The notes under the pieces are model-generated. The model saw only the letters and a list, made by a program, of their open reading frames with translations, was not told where the DNA came from and did not search any database. A stretch of 64,000 bases of DNA from NCBI GenBank assembly GCA_964016885.1, contig OZ024744.1, positions 17,856,001 through 17,920,000 on the forward strand, in the 5' to 3' direction. Positions 12,811-27,200 of the stretch are shown one piece after another. This DNA is from Eledone cirrhosa (Eukaryota). A program made the translations under genes and the position numbers. Each line of letters begins with the position of its first letter. Position 1 is the first letter of the stretch.

Positions 12811-15800
12811 GTGTATGTCACTGTATGTTTCTGTATGTATGTGTCACTGTGTATGTCACTGTATCTTTGTGTATGTCTGTGTCACTCTGTTTGTCACTGT
12901 GTGTTTCTGTATGTCTGTGTCAATGTGTATGTCACTGTGTGTTTCTGTATGTCTGTGTCACTGTGTATGTCACTGTATCTTTCTGTATGTCTGTTTCACT
13001 GTGTATGTCACTGTGTGTTTCTGTATGTCTGTGTCACTGTCTATGTCCCTGTATATTTGTGTATGTCTGTGTCACTGTGTATGTCAATGTATGTTTGTGT
13101 ATGTCTGTGTCACGGTGTATGTCACTGTATGTTTCTGTATGTCTGTGTCACTGTGTATGTCACTGTGTGTTTATTTATTTTTGTGTCACTGTGTATATCA
13201 CTGTATGTTTGTGTATGCCTGTGTCACTGTGTATGTCACTGTATGTTTGTGTGTGTCTGTCTCACTGTGTATGTCAATTATGTCTCTGTATGTGTGTGTC
13301 AGTGTGTATGTCACTGGGTGTTTCTGTATGTCTGTGTCACTCTGTATATCACTGTATCTTTGTGTAGATCTGTGTCACCGTGTATGTCACTGTATCTTTG
13401 TGTATGTCTGTGTCACTGTGTATGTCACTATATCTTTGTGTATGTCTGTGTCACTGTGTATGTCACTGTATGTTTCTGTATGTCTGTGTCACTGTGTATG
13501 TCACTGTGTGTTTCTGTATGTCTGTGTCACTGTGTATATCACTGTGTGTTTCTGAATGTCTGTGTCTCTGTGTATGTCACTGTGTGTTTCTGTATGGCTG
13601 TGTCACTGTGTATGTCACTGTGTGTTTCTGTATGTCTGTGTCACTGTGTATGTCACTGTGTGTTTCTGTATATCTGTGTCTCTGTGTATGTTTCTGTATC
13701 TTTGTGTATGTCTGTGTCACTGTGTATGTCACTGTATGTTTCGGTATGTCTGTGTCACTGTCTATCTCACTGTATGTTTCAAAATGTCTGTGTCACTGTG
13801 TATGTCACTGTGCGTTTCTGTATGTCTGTGTCACGGTGTATGTCACTGTATGTTTGTGTGTGTCTGTGTCACTGTGTATGTCACTGTGTGTTTGTGTATG
13901 TCTGTGTCACTGTATGTTTCTGTATGTCTGTGTCACTGTGTATGTCACTGTGTGTTTCTGTATGTATGTGTCACAGTGTATGTCACTGTATGTGTGTGTA
14001 TGTCTGTGTCACGGTGTATGTCACTCTATCTTTGTGTATGCCTGTGTCACTGTGTATGTCACTGTGTGTTTCTGTATGTCTGTGTCACTGTGTATGTCAA
14101 TGTCTCTGTGTGTTTCTGTATGTCTGTGTCTCTGTGTATGTCACTGTATCTTTGTGTATGTATGTGTCACTGTGTATGTCACTGTGTGTTTCTGTATGTC
14201 TTTGTCACTGTGTATGTCACTGTGTGTTTCTGTATGTCTGTGTCACTGTGTAAGTCATTGTATGTTTGTGTATGTCTGTGGCACTCTGTATGTCATTGTG
14301 TGTTTCTGTATGTCTGTGTCACTGTCTATGTCCCTGTATATTTGTGTATGTCTGTGTCACTGTGTATGTCAATGTGTGTTTATGTATCTCAGTGTCACTG
14401 TGTATGTCACTGTGTGTTTCTGTATGTCTGTGGCACTGTATATGTCACTGTATGTTTGTGTATGTCTGTGTCACTGTGTATGTCACTGTGTGTTTCTGTA
14501 TGTCTGGGTCACTGTGTATGACACTGTGTGTTTCTGTATGTCTGTGTCACTCTGTATGTCAATGAGTCTTTCTGTATGTCTGTGTCACTGTGTAAGTCAC
14601 TGTATATTTGTGTATGTCTGTGGCACTCTGTATGTCATTGTGTGTTTCTGTATGTCTGTGTCACTGTCTATGTCACTGTATCTTTGTGTATGCCTGTGTC
14701 ACTGTGTATGTCAATGTGTGTTTCTGTATGTATGTGTCTCTGTGTATGTCACTGTATCTTTGTGTATGTATGTGTCACTGTGTATGTCACTGTGTGTTTG
14801 TGTATGTCTGTGTCACTGCGTATGTTACTGTGAGTTTCTGTATGTCTGTGTCACTGTGTATGTCACTGTATATTTCTGTATGTCTGTGTCAGTGTGTATG
14901 TCACTGGGTGTTTCTGTATGTCTGTGTCAAACTGTATATCACTGTATCTTCGTGTAGGTCTGTGTCACCGTGTATGTCACTGTATCTTTATGTATGTCTG
15001 TGTCACTGTCTATGTCACTGTATCTTTGTGTATGTCACTGTGTATGTCACTGTGTGTTTCTGTATGCCTGTGTCTCTGTGTATGTCACTGTATCTTTGTG
15101 TATGTCTGTGTCACTGTGTATGTCTCTGTGTGTTTCTGTATGTATGTGTCACTGTGTATGTCACTGTGTGTTTCTGTATATCTGTGTCTCTGTGTATGTC
15201 ACTGTATCGTTGTGTATGTCTGTGTCACTGTGTATGTCACTGTATCTTTGTGTATGTCTGTGTCACGGTGTATATCACTGTATGTTCGTGAATGTCTGTG
15301 TCACTCTATATGTCACTGTACGTTTGTGTATGTCTGTGTGACTGTGTATGTCACTGTATGTTTCTGTATGTCTGTGTCACTGTGTATGTCACTGTGTGTT
15401 TCTGTATGTCTGTGACACTGTGTATGTCACTGTGTGTTTGTGTATGTCTGTGTCACTGTATGTTTCTGTATGTCTGTGTCACTGTGTATGTCACTGCATG
15501 TTTCTGTATGTCTGTGTCACCGTGTATGGCACTGTATCTTTGTGTATGCCTGTGTCACTGTATATGTCACTGTGTGATTCTGTATGTCTGTGTCACTGTG
15601 TATGTCACTGTGTGTTTCTGTATGTTTGTGTCACTGTGTGTGTCACTAAATGTTTGTGTGTGTCTGTGTCTCTGTGTATGTCACTGTGTGTTTGCGTGTG
15701 TCTGTGTCACTGTGGATGTCACTGTGTGTTTCTGTATGTCTATGTGACTGTGTATGTCACTGTTTGTTTGTGTATGTCTGTGTCACTGTGTGTGTTTCTG

Positions 15801-18800
15801 TATGTCTGTGTCACTGTGTATGTCATTGTATATTTGTGTATGTCTGTGTCACTCTGTATGTCACTGTGTGTTTCTGCATGTCTGTGTCACTGTGTATGTC
15901 ACTGTGTGTTTCTGTATGTCGTTGTCTGTTTCTGTATGTATGTGTCTCTGTGTATATCACTGTATCTGTGTGTATGTCTGTGAAACTGTGTATGTCACTG
16001 TGAGTTTCTGTATGTCTCTGTATGTATGTGTCTCTGTGTATGTCACTGTATCTTTGTGTATGTCTGTGTCACTGTGTATGTCACTGTGTGTTTATGTATG
16101 TCTGTGTCTCTGTGTATGTCACTGTATCTTTGTGTATGTCTGCGTCACTGTGTATGTCACTGTGTGTTTCTGTATGTCTGTGTCACTCTGTATGTCACTG
16201 AGTGTTTCTGCTTGCTTGTGTCACTGTGTAATGTCATTGTGTGTTTCTGTATGTCTGTGTCACTGTGTATGTCACTGTATGTTTCTGTATGTCTGTTTCA
16301 CTGTGTATGTCACTGTGTGTTTCTGTATGTCTCTGACACTCTGTATGTCACTGTATATTTCTGTATGTCTATGTCACTGTGTATGTCACTGTATCTTTGT
16401 GTATGTATGTGTCCCTGTGTATGTCACTGTATGTTTCTGTATGTCTGTGTCACAGTGTATATCACTGTATGTTTCTGTATGTCTGTGTCACTGTCTATCT
16501 CACTGTGTGTTTCTGAATGTCTGTGTCACTGTGTATGTCACTGTGCGTTTCTGTATGTCTGTGTCACGGTGTATGTCACTGTATGTTTGTGTGTGTCTGT
16601 GTCACTGTGTATGTCACTGTGTGTTTGTGTATGTCTGTGTCACTGTATGTTTCTGTATGTCTGTGTCACTGTGTATGTCACTGTGTGTTTCTGTATGTAT
16701 GTGTCACTGTGTATGTCACTGTATGTGTGTGTATGTCTGTGTCACGGTGTATGTCACTGTATCTTTGTGTATGTCTGTGTCACTGTGTATGTCAATGTCT
16801 CTGTGTGTTTCTGTATGTCTGTGTCTCTGTGTATGTTACTGTATCTTTGTGTATGTATGTGTCACTGTGTATGTCACTGTGTGTTTCTGTATGTTTGTGT
16901 CACTGTGTGTGTCACTGTGTGTTTCTGCATGTCAGTGTCACTGTGTATGTCACTGTGTGTTTCTGTATGTCTGTGTCACTGTATATATCACTGTATGTTT
17001 GTGTATGTTTGTGTCACTGTGTATGTCACTGTGTGTTTCTGTATGTCTGTGTAACTGTGTATGTCACTGTGTGTTTCTATATGTCTGTGTCTCTGTGTAT
17101 GTCACTGAGTGTTTTTGTATGTCTGTGTCACTATGTATGTCGCTGTATGTTTGTGTTATCTGTGTCACTGTGTATGTCACTGGGTGTTTCTGTATGTCTG
17201 TGTCACTGTGTATGTCACTGTGCGTTTCTGTATGTATGTATCACTGTGTATGTCACTGTGTGTTTCTGTATTCTGTGTCACTGTCTATGTCACTGTATCT
17301 TTGTGTATGTATGTGTCACTGTGTATGTCACAGTGTGTTTGTGTATGTCTGTGTCACTGAGTATGTTACTGTGAGTTTCTGTATGTCTGTGTCACTGTGT
17401 ATGTCACTGTATATTTCTGTATGTCTGTGTCAGTGTGTATGTCACTGGGTGTTTCTGTATGTCTGTGTCACACTGTATATCACTGTATATTTGTGTAGGT
17501 CTCTGTCACCGTGTATGTCACTGTGAGTTTCTGTATGTCTGTGTCACTGTGTATATCACAGTGTGTTTCTGTATGTATGTGTCACTGTGTATGTCACTGT
17601 ATGTCTCTGTATGTATGTGTCACTGTCTATGTCACCGTATCTTTGTGTATGTCTACGTCACTGTGTATGTCACTGTGTGTTTCTGTATGTCTGTGTCTCT
17701 GTGTATGTCACTGTATCTTTGTGTATGTCTGTGTCACTGTGTATGTCACTCTGTGTTTCTGTATATATGTGTCACTGTGTATGTCACTGTGTGTTTATGT
17801 ATATCTGTGTCTCTGTGTATGTCACTGTATCTTTGTGTATGTCTGTGTCACTGTGTATGTCACTGTATCTTTGTGTATGTCTGTGTCACGGTGTATATCA
17901 CTGTATGTTTGTGTATGTCTGTGTCACTCTATATGTCACTGTACGTTTGTGTATCTCTGTGTGACTGTGTATGTCACTGTATGTTTCTGTATGTCTGTGT
18001 CACTGTGTACGTCACTGTGTGTTTCTGTATGTATGTGTCACTGTCTATGTCACTGTATGTTTCTGAATGTCTGTGTCACTGTGTATGTCACTGTGTGTTT
18101 CTGTATGTCTGTGTCACGGTGTATGTCACTGTAAGTTTGTGTGTGTCTGTGTCACTGTGTATGTCACTGTGTGTTTGTGTATGTCTGTGTCACTGTATGT
18201 TTCTGTATGTCTGTGTCACTGTGTATGTCACTGTGTGTTTCTGTATGTCTGTGTCACCGTGTATGTCACTGTATCTTTGTGTATGCCTGTGTCACTGTGT
18301 ATGTCACTGTGTGATTATGTATGTCTGTGTCACTGTGTATGTCACTGTGTGTTTCTGTATGTTTGTGTCACTGTGTATGTCACTAAATGTTTGTGTGTTT
18401 CTGTATCTCTGTGTCACGGTGTATGTCACTGTATGTTTGTGTATGTCTGTGTGACTGTGTATGTCACTGTATGTTTCTGTATGTCTGTGTCACTGTGTAT
18501 GTCACTGTGTGTTTCTGTATGTCTGTGTCACTGTGTATGTCACTGCATCTTTGTGTATGTCTGTGTCACTGTGTATGTCACTGTGTGTTTCTGTATGTCT
18601 GTGTCACTGTCTATGTCACGGTATGTTTCTGAACGTCTGTGTCACTGTGTATGTCACTCTGTGTTTCTGTATATCTGTGTCACGGTGTATTTCACTGTAT
18701 GTTTGTGTGTGTCTGTGTCACTGTGTATGTCACTGTGTGTTTCTGTATGTCTGTGTCACCGTGTATGTTACTGTATCTTTGTGTATGCCTGTGTCACTGT

Positions 18801-21240
18801 GTATGTCACTGTGTGTTTCTGTATGTCTGTGTCACTGTGTATGTCACTGTGTGTTTCTGTATGTTTGTGTCACTGTGTATGTCACTGTGTGTTTGTGTAT
18901 GTCTGTGTCACTGTATGTTTCTGTATGTCTGTGTCACTGTGTATGTCACTGTGTGTTTCTGTATGTTTGTGTCACTGTGTATGTCACTAAATGTTTGTGT
19001 GTGTCTGTGTCTCTGTGTATGTCACTGTGTGTTTGCGTGTGTCTGTGTCACTGTGTATGTCACTGCGTGTTTCTGTATGTCTGTGTGACTGTGTATGTCA
19101 CTGTGTGTTTGTGTATGTCTGTGTCACTGTATCTTTGTGTATGTCTGTGTCACTGTGTATGTCACTATATCTTTGTGTATGTCTGTGTCACTGTGTATGT
19201 CACTGTATGTTTCTGTATGTCTGTGTCACTGTGTATGTCACTGTGTGTTTCTGTATGTCTGTGTCACTGTGTATATCAATGTGTGTTTCTGAATGTCTGT
19301 GCCTCTGTGTATGTCACTGTGTGTTTCTGTATGGCTGTTGTCACTGTGTATGTCACTGTGTGTTTCTGTATGTCTGTGTCACTGTGTATGTCACTGTGTG
19401 TTTCTGTATATCTGTGTCTCTGTGTATGTTTCTGTATCTTTGTGTATGTCTGTGTCACTGTGTATGTCACTGTATGTTTATGTATGTCTGTGTCACTGTC
19501 TATCTCACTGTATGTTTCTGAATGTCTGTGTCACTGTGTATGTCACTGTGCGTTTCTGTATGTCTGTGTCACGGTGTATGTCACTGTATGTTTGTGTGTG
19601 TCTGTGTCACTGTGTATGTCACTGTGTGTTTCTGTATGTATGTGTCACTGTGTATGTCACTGTATGTGTGTGTATGTCTGTGTCACGGTGTATGTCACTC
19701 TATCTTTGTGTATGCCTGTGTCACTGTGTATGTCACTGTGTGTTTCTGTATGTCTGTGTCACTGTGTATGTCAATGTCTCTGTGTGTTTCTGTATGTCTG
19801 TGTCTCTGTGTATGTCACTGTATCTTTGTGTATTTATGTGTCACTGTGTATGTCACTGTGTGTTTCTGTATGTCTGTGTCACTGTGTAAGTCATTGTATC
19901 TTTGTGTATGTCTGTGGCACTCTGTATGTCATTATGTGTTTCTGTATGTCTGTGTCACTGTCTATGTCCCTGTATATTTGTGTATGTCTGTGTCACTGTG
20001 TATGTCAATGTGTGTTTATGTATGTCAGTGTCACTGTGTATGTCACAGTGTGTTTCTGTATGTCTGTGGCACTGTATATGTCACTGTATGTTTGTGTATG
20101 TCTGTGTCACTGTGTATGTCACTGTGTGTTTCTGTATGTCTGGGTCACTGTGTATGTCACTGTGTGTTTCTGTATGTCTGTGTCACTGTGTATGTCACTG
20201 AGTCTGTCTGTATGTCTGTGTCACTGTGTAAGTCACTGTATATTTGTGTATGTCTGTGGCACTCTGTATGTCATTGTGTGTTTCTGTATGTCTGTGTCAC
20301 TGTCTATGTCACTGTATCTTTGTGTATGTCTGTGTCACTGTGTATGTCAATGTGTGTTTCTGCATGTATGTGTCTCTGTGTATGTCACTGTATCTTTGTG
20401 TATGTATGTGTCACTGTGTATGTCACTGTGTGTTTGTGTATGACTGTGTCACTGCGTATGTTACTGTGAGTTTCTGTATGTCTGTGTCACTGTGTATGTC
20501 ACTGTATATTTCTGTATGTCTGTGTCAGTGTGTATGTCACTGGGTGTTTCTGTATGTCTGTGTCAAACTGTATATCACTGTATCTTTGTGTAGGTCTGTG
20601 TCACCGTGTATGTCACTGTATCTTTATGTATGTCTGTGTCACTGTCTATGTCACTGTATCTTTGTGTATGTCTACGTCACTGTGTATGTCACTGTGTGTT
20701 TCTGTATGTCTGTGTCTCTGTGTATGTCACTGTATCTTTGTGTATGTCTGTGTCACTGTGTATGTCACTGTGTGTTTCTGTATGTCTGTGTCACTGTGTA
20801 TGTCACTGTGTGTTTCTGTATATCTGTGTCTCTCTGTATGTCACTGTATCTTTGTGTATGTCTGTGTCACTGTGTATGTCACTCTATCTTTGTGTATGTC
20901 TGTGTCACGGTGTATATCACTGTATGTTTGTGAATGTCTGTGTCACTCTATATGTCACTGTACGTTTGTGTATGTCTGTGTGACTGTGTATGTCACTGTA
21001 TGTTTCTGTATGTCTGTGTCACTGTGTATGTCACTGTGTGTTTCTGTATGTCTGTGTCACTGTGTATGTCACTGTGTGTTTGTGTATGTCTGTGTCACTG
21101 TATGTTTCTGTATGTCTGTGTCACTGTGTATGTCACTGTGTGTTTCTGTATGTTTGTGTCACTGTGTGTGTCACTAAATGTTTGTGTGTGTCTGTGTCTC
21201 TGTGTGTGTCACTGTGTGTTTGCGTGTGTCTGTGTCACTG
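11540..21240. repeat. About 9.7-kb tandem duplication, copy 1
   Basis: Private markers are shared with copy 2: TTATTTATTTTT near 13171/22869, TAGATC 13365/23063, AAAATG 13781/23441, GTAATGTCATT near 16230/25730. ORF pairs 11618/21316, 14266/23768, 16026/25526, 19293/30154. Confidence 0.92.
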
Positions 21241-24200
21241 TGTATGTCACTGTGTGTTTGTGTATGACTGTGTCAATGTGTATGTTACTGTGAGTTTCTG
21301 TATGTCTGTGTCACGGTGTATGTCACTGCATCTTTGTGTAGGTCTGTGTCAGCGTGTATGTCACTGTATCTTTATGTATGTCTGTGTCACTGTTTATGTC
21401 ACTGTGAGTTTCTGTATGTATGTGTCACTGTGTATGTCACAGTGTGTTTCTGTATGTCTGTGTCACTGTGTATGTCACTGTATGTCTCTGTATGTCTGTG
21501 TCACTGTCTATGTCACTGTATATTTGTGTATGTCTGCGTCACTGTGTATGTCACTGTGTGTTTCTGTATGTCTGTGTCTCTGTGTATGTCACTGTATCTT
21601 TGTGTATGTCTGTGTCACTGTGTATGTCACTGTATCTTTGTGTATGTCTGTGTCACGGTGTATATCGTTGTATGTTTGTGTATTCTGTGTCACTCTATAT
21701 GTCACTGTATGTTTCTGTATGTATGTGTCACTGTGTATGTCAATATGTGTTTCTGTATCTCTGTGTCACGGTGTATGTCACTGTATGTTTGTGTATGTCT
21801 GTGTGACTGTGTATGTCAATGTATGTTTCTGTATGTCTGTGTCACTGTGTATGTCACTGTGTGTTTCTGTATGTCTGTGTCACTGTGTATGTCACTGCAT
21901 CTTTGTGTATGTCTGTGTCACTGTGTATGTCACTGTGTGTTTCTGTATGTCTGTGTCACTGTCTATGTCACTGTATGTTTCTGAACGTCTGTGTCACTGT
22001 GTATGTCACTCTGTGTTTCTGTATATCTGTGACACGGTGTATGTCACTGTATGTTTGTGTGTGTCTGTGTCATTGTGTATGTCACTGTGTGTTTCTGTAT
22101 GTCTGTGTCACCGTGTATGTTATGGAATCTTTGTGTATGCCTGTGTCACTGCGTATGTCACTGTGTGTTTCTGTATGTCTGTGTCACTGTGTATGTCACT
22201 GTGTGTTTCTGTATGTTTGTGTCACTGTGTATGTCACTGTGTGTTTGTGTATGTCTGTGTCACTGTATGTTTCTGTATGTCTGTGTCACTGTGTATGTCA
22301 CTGTGCGTTTATGTATGTTTGTGTCACTGTGTATGTCACTAAATGTTTGTGTGTGTCTGTGTCTCTGTGTATGTCACTGTGTGTTTGCGTGTGCCTGTGT
22401 CACTGTGTATGTCACTGTGTGTTTCTGTATGTCTGTGTGACTGTGTATGTCACTGTGTGTTTGTGTATGTCTGTGTGACTGTGTGTGTTTCTGTATGTCT
22501 GTGTCACTGTGTATGTCACTGTATGTTTCTGTATGTATGTGTCACTGTGTATGTCACTGTGTCTTTGTGTATGTCTGTGTCACTCTGTTTGTCACTGTGT
22601 GTTTCTGTATGTCTGTGTCAATGTGTATGTCACTGTGTGTTTCTGTATGTCTGTGTCACTGTGTATGTCACTGTATCTTTCTGTATGTCTGTTTCACTGT
22701 GTATGTCACTGTGTGTTTCTGTATGTCTGTGTCACTGTCTATGTCCCTGTATATTTGTGTATGTCTGTGTCACTGTGTATGTCAATGTATGTTTGTGTAT
22801 GTCTGTGTCACGGTGTATGTCACTGTATGTTTCTGTATGTCTGTGTCACTGTGTATGTCACTGTGTGTTTATTTATTTTTGTGTCACTGTGTATATCACT
22901 GTATGTTTGTGTATGCCTGTGTCACTGTGTATGTCACTGTATGTTTGTGTGTGTCTGTCTCACTGTGTATGTCAATTATGTCTCTGTATGTGTGTGTCAG
23001 TGTGTATGTCACTGGGTGTTTCTGTATGTCTGTGTCACTCTGTATATCACTGTATCTTTGTGTAGATCTGTGTCACCGTGTATGTCACTGTATCTTTGTG
23101 TATGTCTGTGTCACTGTGTATGTCACTATATCTTTGTGTATGTCTGTGTCACTGTGTGTGTCACTGTATGTTTCTGTATGTCTGTGTCACTGTGTATGTC
23201 ACTGTGTGTTTCTGTATGTCTGTGTCACTGTGTATATCACTGTGTGTTTCTGTATGGCTGTGTCACTGTGTATGTCACTGTGTGTTTCTGTATGTCTGTG
23301 TCACTGTGTATGTCACTGTGTGTTTCTGTATATCTGTGTCTCTGTGTATGTTTCTGTATCTTTGTGTATGTCTGTGTCACTGTGTATGTCACTGTATGTT
23401 TCGGTATGTCTGTGTCACTGACTATCTCACTGTATGTTTCAAAATGTCTGTGTCACTGTGTATGTCACTGTGCGTTTCTGTATGTCTGTGTCACGGTGTA
23501 TGTCACTGTATGTTTGTGTGTGTCTGTGTCACTGTGTATGTCACTGTGTGTTTGTGTATGTCTGTGTCACTGTATGTTTCTGTATGTCTGTGTCACTGTG
23601 TATGTCACTGTGTGTTTCTGTATGTATGTGTCACAGTGTATGTCACTGTATCTTTGTGTATGTATGTGTCACTGTGTATGTCACTGTGTGTTTCTGTATG
23701 TCTTTGTCACTGTGTATGTCACTATGTGTTTCTGTATGTCTGTGTCACTGTGTAAGTCATTGTATGTTTGTGTATGTCTGTGGCACTCTGTATGTCATTG
23801 TGTGTTTCTGTATGTCTGTGTCACTGTCTATGTCCCTGTATATTTGTGTATGTCTGTGTCACTGTGTATGTCAATGTGTGTTTATGTATGTCAGTGTCAC
23901 TGTGTATGTCACTGTGTGTTTCTGTATGTCTGTGGCACTGTATATGTCACTGTATGTTTGTGTATGTCTGTGTCACTGTGTATGTCACTGTGTGTTTCTG
24001 TATGTCTGGGTCACTGTGTATGACACTGTGTGTTTCTGTATGTCTGTGTCACTCTGTATGTCAATGAGTCTTTCTGTATGTCTGTGTCACTGTGTAAGTC
24101 ACTGTATATTTGTGTATGTCTGTGGCACTCTGTATGTCATTGTGTGTTTCTGTATGTCTGTGTCACTGTCTATGTCACTGTATCTTTGTGTATGCCTGTG

Positions 24201-27200
24201 TCACTGTGTATGTCAATGTGTGTTTCTGTATGTATGTGTCTCTGTGTATGTCACTGTATCTTTGTGTATGTATGTGTCACTGTGTATGTCACTGTGTGTT
24301 TGTGTATGTCTGTGTCACTGCGTATGTTACTGTGAGTTTCTGTATGTCTGTGTCACTGTGTATGTCACTGTATATTTCTGTATGTCTGTGTCAGTGTGTA
24401 TGTCACTGGGTGTTTCTGTATGTCTGTGTCAAACTGTATATCACTGTATCTTTGTGTAGGTCTGTGTCACCGTGTATGTCACTGTATCTTTATGTATGTC
24501 TGTGTCACTGTCTATGTCACTGTATCTTTGTGTATGTCACTGTGTATGTCACTGTGTGTTTCTGTATGTATGTGTCTCTGTGTATGTCACTGTATCTTTG
24601 TGTATGTCTGTGTCACTGTGTATGTCACTGTGTGTTTCTGTATGTCTGTGTCACTGTGTATGTCACTGTGTGTTTCTGTATATCTGTGTCTCTGTGTATG
24701 TCACTGTATCTTTGTGTATGTCTGTGTCACTGTGTATGTCACTGTATCTTTGTGTATGTCTGTGTCACGGTGTATATCACTGTATGTTTGTGAATGTCTG
24801 TGTCACTCTATATGTCACTGTACGTTTGTGTATGTCTGTGTGACTGTGTATGTCACTGTATGTTTCTGTATGTCTGTGTCACTGTGTATGTCACTGTGTG
24901 TTTCTGTATGTCTGTGTCACTGTGTATGTCACTGTGTGTTTGTGTATGTCTGTGTCACTGTATGTTTCTGTATGTCTGTGTCACTGTGTATGTCACTGCG
25001 TGTTTCTGTATGTCTGTGTCACCGTGTATGGCACTGTATCTTTGTGTATGCCTGTGTCACTGTATATGTCACTGTGTGATTCTGTATGTCTGTGTCACTG
25101 TGTATGTCACTGTGTGTTTCTGTATGTTTGTGTCACTGTGTGTGTCACTAAATGTTTGTGTGTGTCTGTGTCTCTGTGTATGTCACTGTGTGTTTGCGTG
25201 TGTCTGTGTCACTGTGGATGTCACTGTGTGTTTCTGTATGTCTATGTGACTGTGTATGTCACTGTTTGTTTGTGTATGTCTGTGTCACTGTGTGTGTTTC
25301 TGTATGTCTGTGTCACTGTGTATGTCATTGTATATTTGTGTATGTCTGTGTCACTCTGTATGTCACTGTGTGTTTCTGCATGTCTGTGTCACTGTGTATG
25401 TCACTGTGTGTTTCTGTATGTCGTTGTCTGTTTCTGTATGTATGTGTCTCTGTGTATATCACTGTATGTGTGTATGTCTGTGAAACTGTGTATGTCACTG
25501 TGAGTTTCTGTATGTCTCTGTATGTATGTGTCTCTGTGTATGTCACTGTATCTTTGTGTATGTCTGTGTCACTGTGTATGTCACTGTGTGTTTATGTATG
25601 TCTGTGTCTCTGTGTATGTCACTGTATCTTTGTGTATGTCTGCGTCACTGTGTATGTCACTGTGTGTTTCTGTATGTCTGTGTCACTCTGTATGTCACTG
25701 AGTGTTTCTGCTTGCCTGTGTCACTGTGTAATGTCATTGTGTGTTTCTGTATGTCTGTGTCACTGTGTATGTCACTGTATGTTTCTGTATGTCTGTTTCA
25801 CTGTGTATGTCACTGTGTGTTTCTGTATGTCTCTGACACTCTGTATGTCACTGTATATTTCTGTATGTCTATGTCACTGTGTATGTCACTGTATCTTTGT
25901 GTATGTATGTGTCCCTGTGTATGTCACTGTATGTTTCTGTATGTCTGTGTCACAGTGTATATCACTGTATGTTTCTGTATGTCTGTGTCACTGTCTATCT
26001 CACTGTGTGTTTCTGAATGTCTGTGTCACTGTGTATGTCACTGTGCGTTTCTGTATGTCTGTGTCACGGTGTATGTCACTGTATGTTTGTGTGTGTCTGT
26101 GTCACTGTGTATGTCACTGTGTGTTTGTGTATGTCTGTGTCACTGTATGTTTCTGTATGTCTGTGTCACTGTGTATGTCACTGTGTGTTTCTGTATGTAT
26201 GTGTCACTGTGTATGTCACTGTATGTGTGTGTATGTCTGTGTCACGGTGTATGTCACTGTATCTTTGTGTATGTCTGTGTCACTGTGTATGTCAATGTCT
26301 CTGTGTGTTTCTGTATGTCTGTGTCTCTGTGTATGTTACTGTATCTTTGTGTATGTATGTGTCACTGTGTATGTCACTGTGTGTTTCTGTATGTTTGTGT
26401 CACTGTGTGTGTCACTGTGTGTTTCTGCATGTCAGTGTCACTGTGTATGTCACTGTGTGTTTCTGTATGTCTGTGTCACTGTATATATCACTGTATGTTT
26501 GTGTATGTTTGTGTCACTGTGTATGTCACTGTGTGTTTCTGTATGTCTGTGTAACTGTGTATGTCACTGTGTGTTTCTATATGTCTGTGTCTCTGTGTAT
26601 GTCACTGAGTGTTTCTGTATGTCTGTGTCACTATGTATGTCGCTGTATGTTTGTGTTATCTGTGTCACTGTGTATGTCACTGGGTGTTTCTGTATGTCTG
26701 TGTCACTGTGTATGTCACTGTGCGTTTCTGTATGTATGTATCACTGTGTATGTCACTGTGTGTTTCTGTATTCTGTGTCACTGTCTATGTCACTGTATCT
26801 TTGTGTATTCTGTGTCACTGTGTATGTCAATGTGTGTTTCTGTATGTATGTGTCTCTGTGTATGTCACTGTATCTTTGTGTATGTATGTGTCACTGTGTA
26901 TGTCACTGTGTGTTTGTGTATGTCTGTGTCACTGAGTATGTTACTGTGAGTTTCTGTATGTCTGTGTCACTGTGTATGTCACTGTATATTTCTGTATGTC
27001 TGTGTCAGTGTGTATGTCACTGGGTGTTTCTGTATGTCTGTGTCACACTGTATATCACTGTATATTTGTGTAGGTCTCTGTCACCGTGTATGTCACTGTT
27101 AGTTTCTGTATGTCTGTGTCACTGTGTATGTCACAGTGTGTTTTTGTATGTATGTGTCACTGTGTATGTCACTGTATGTCTCTGTATGTATGTGTCACTG

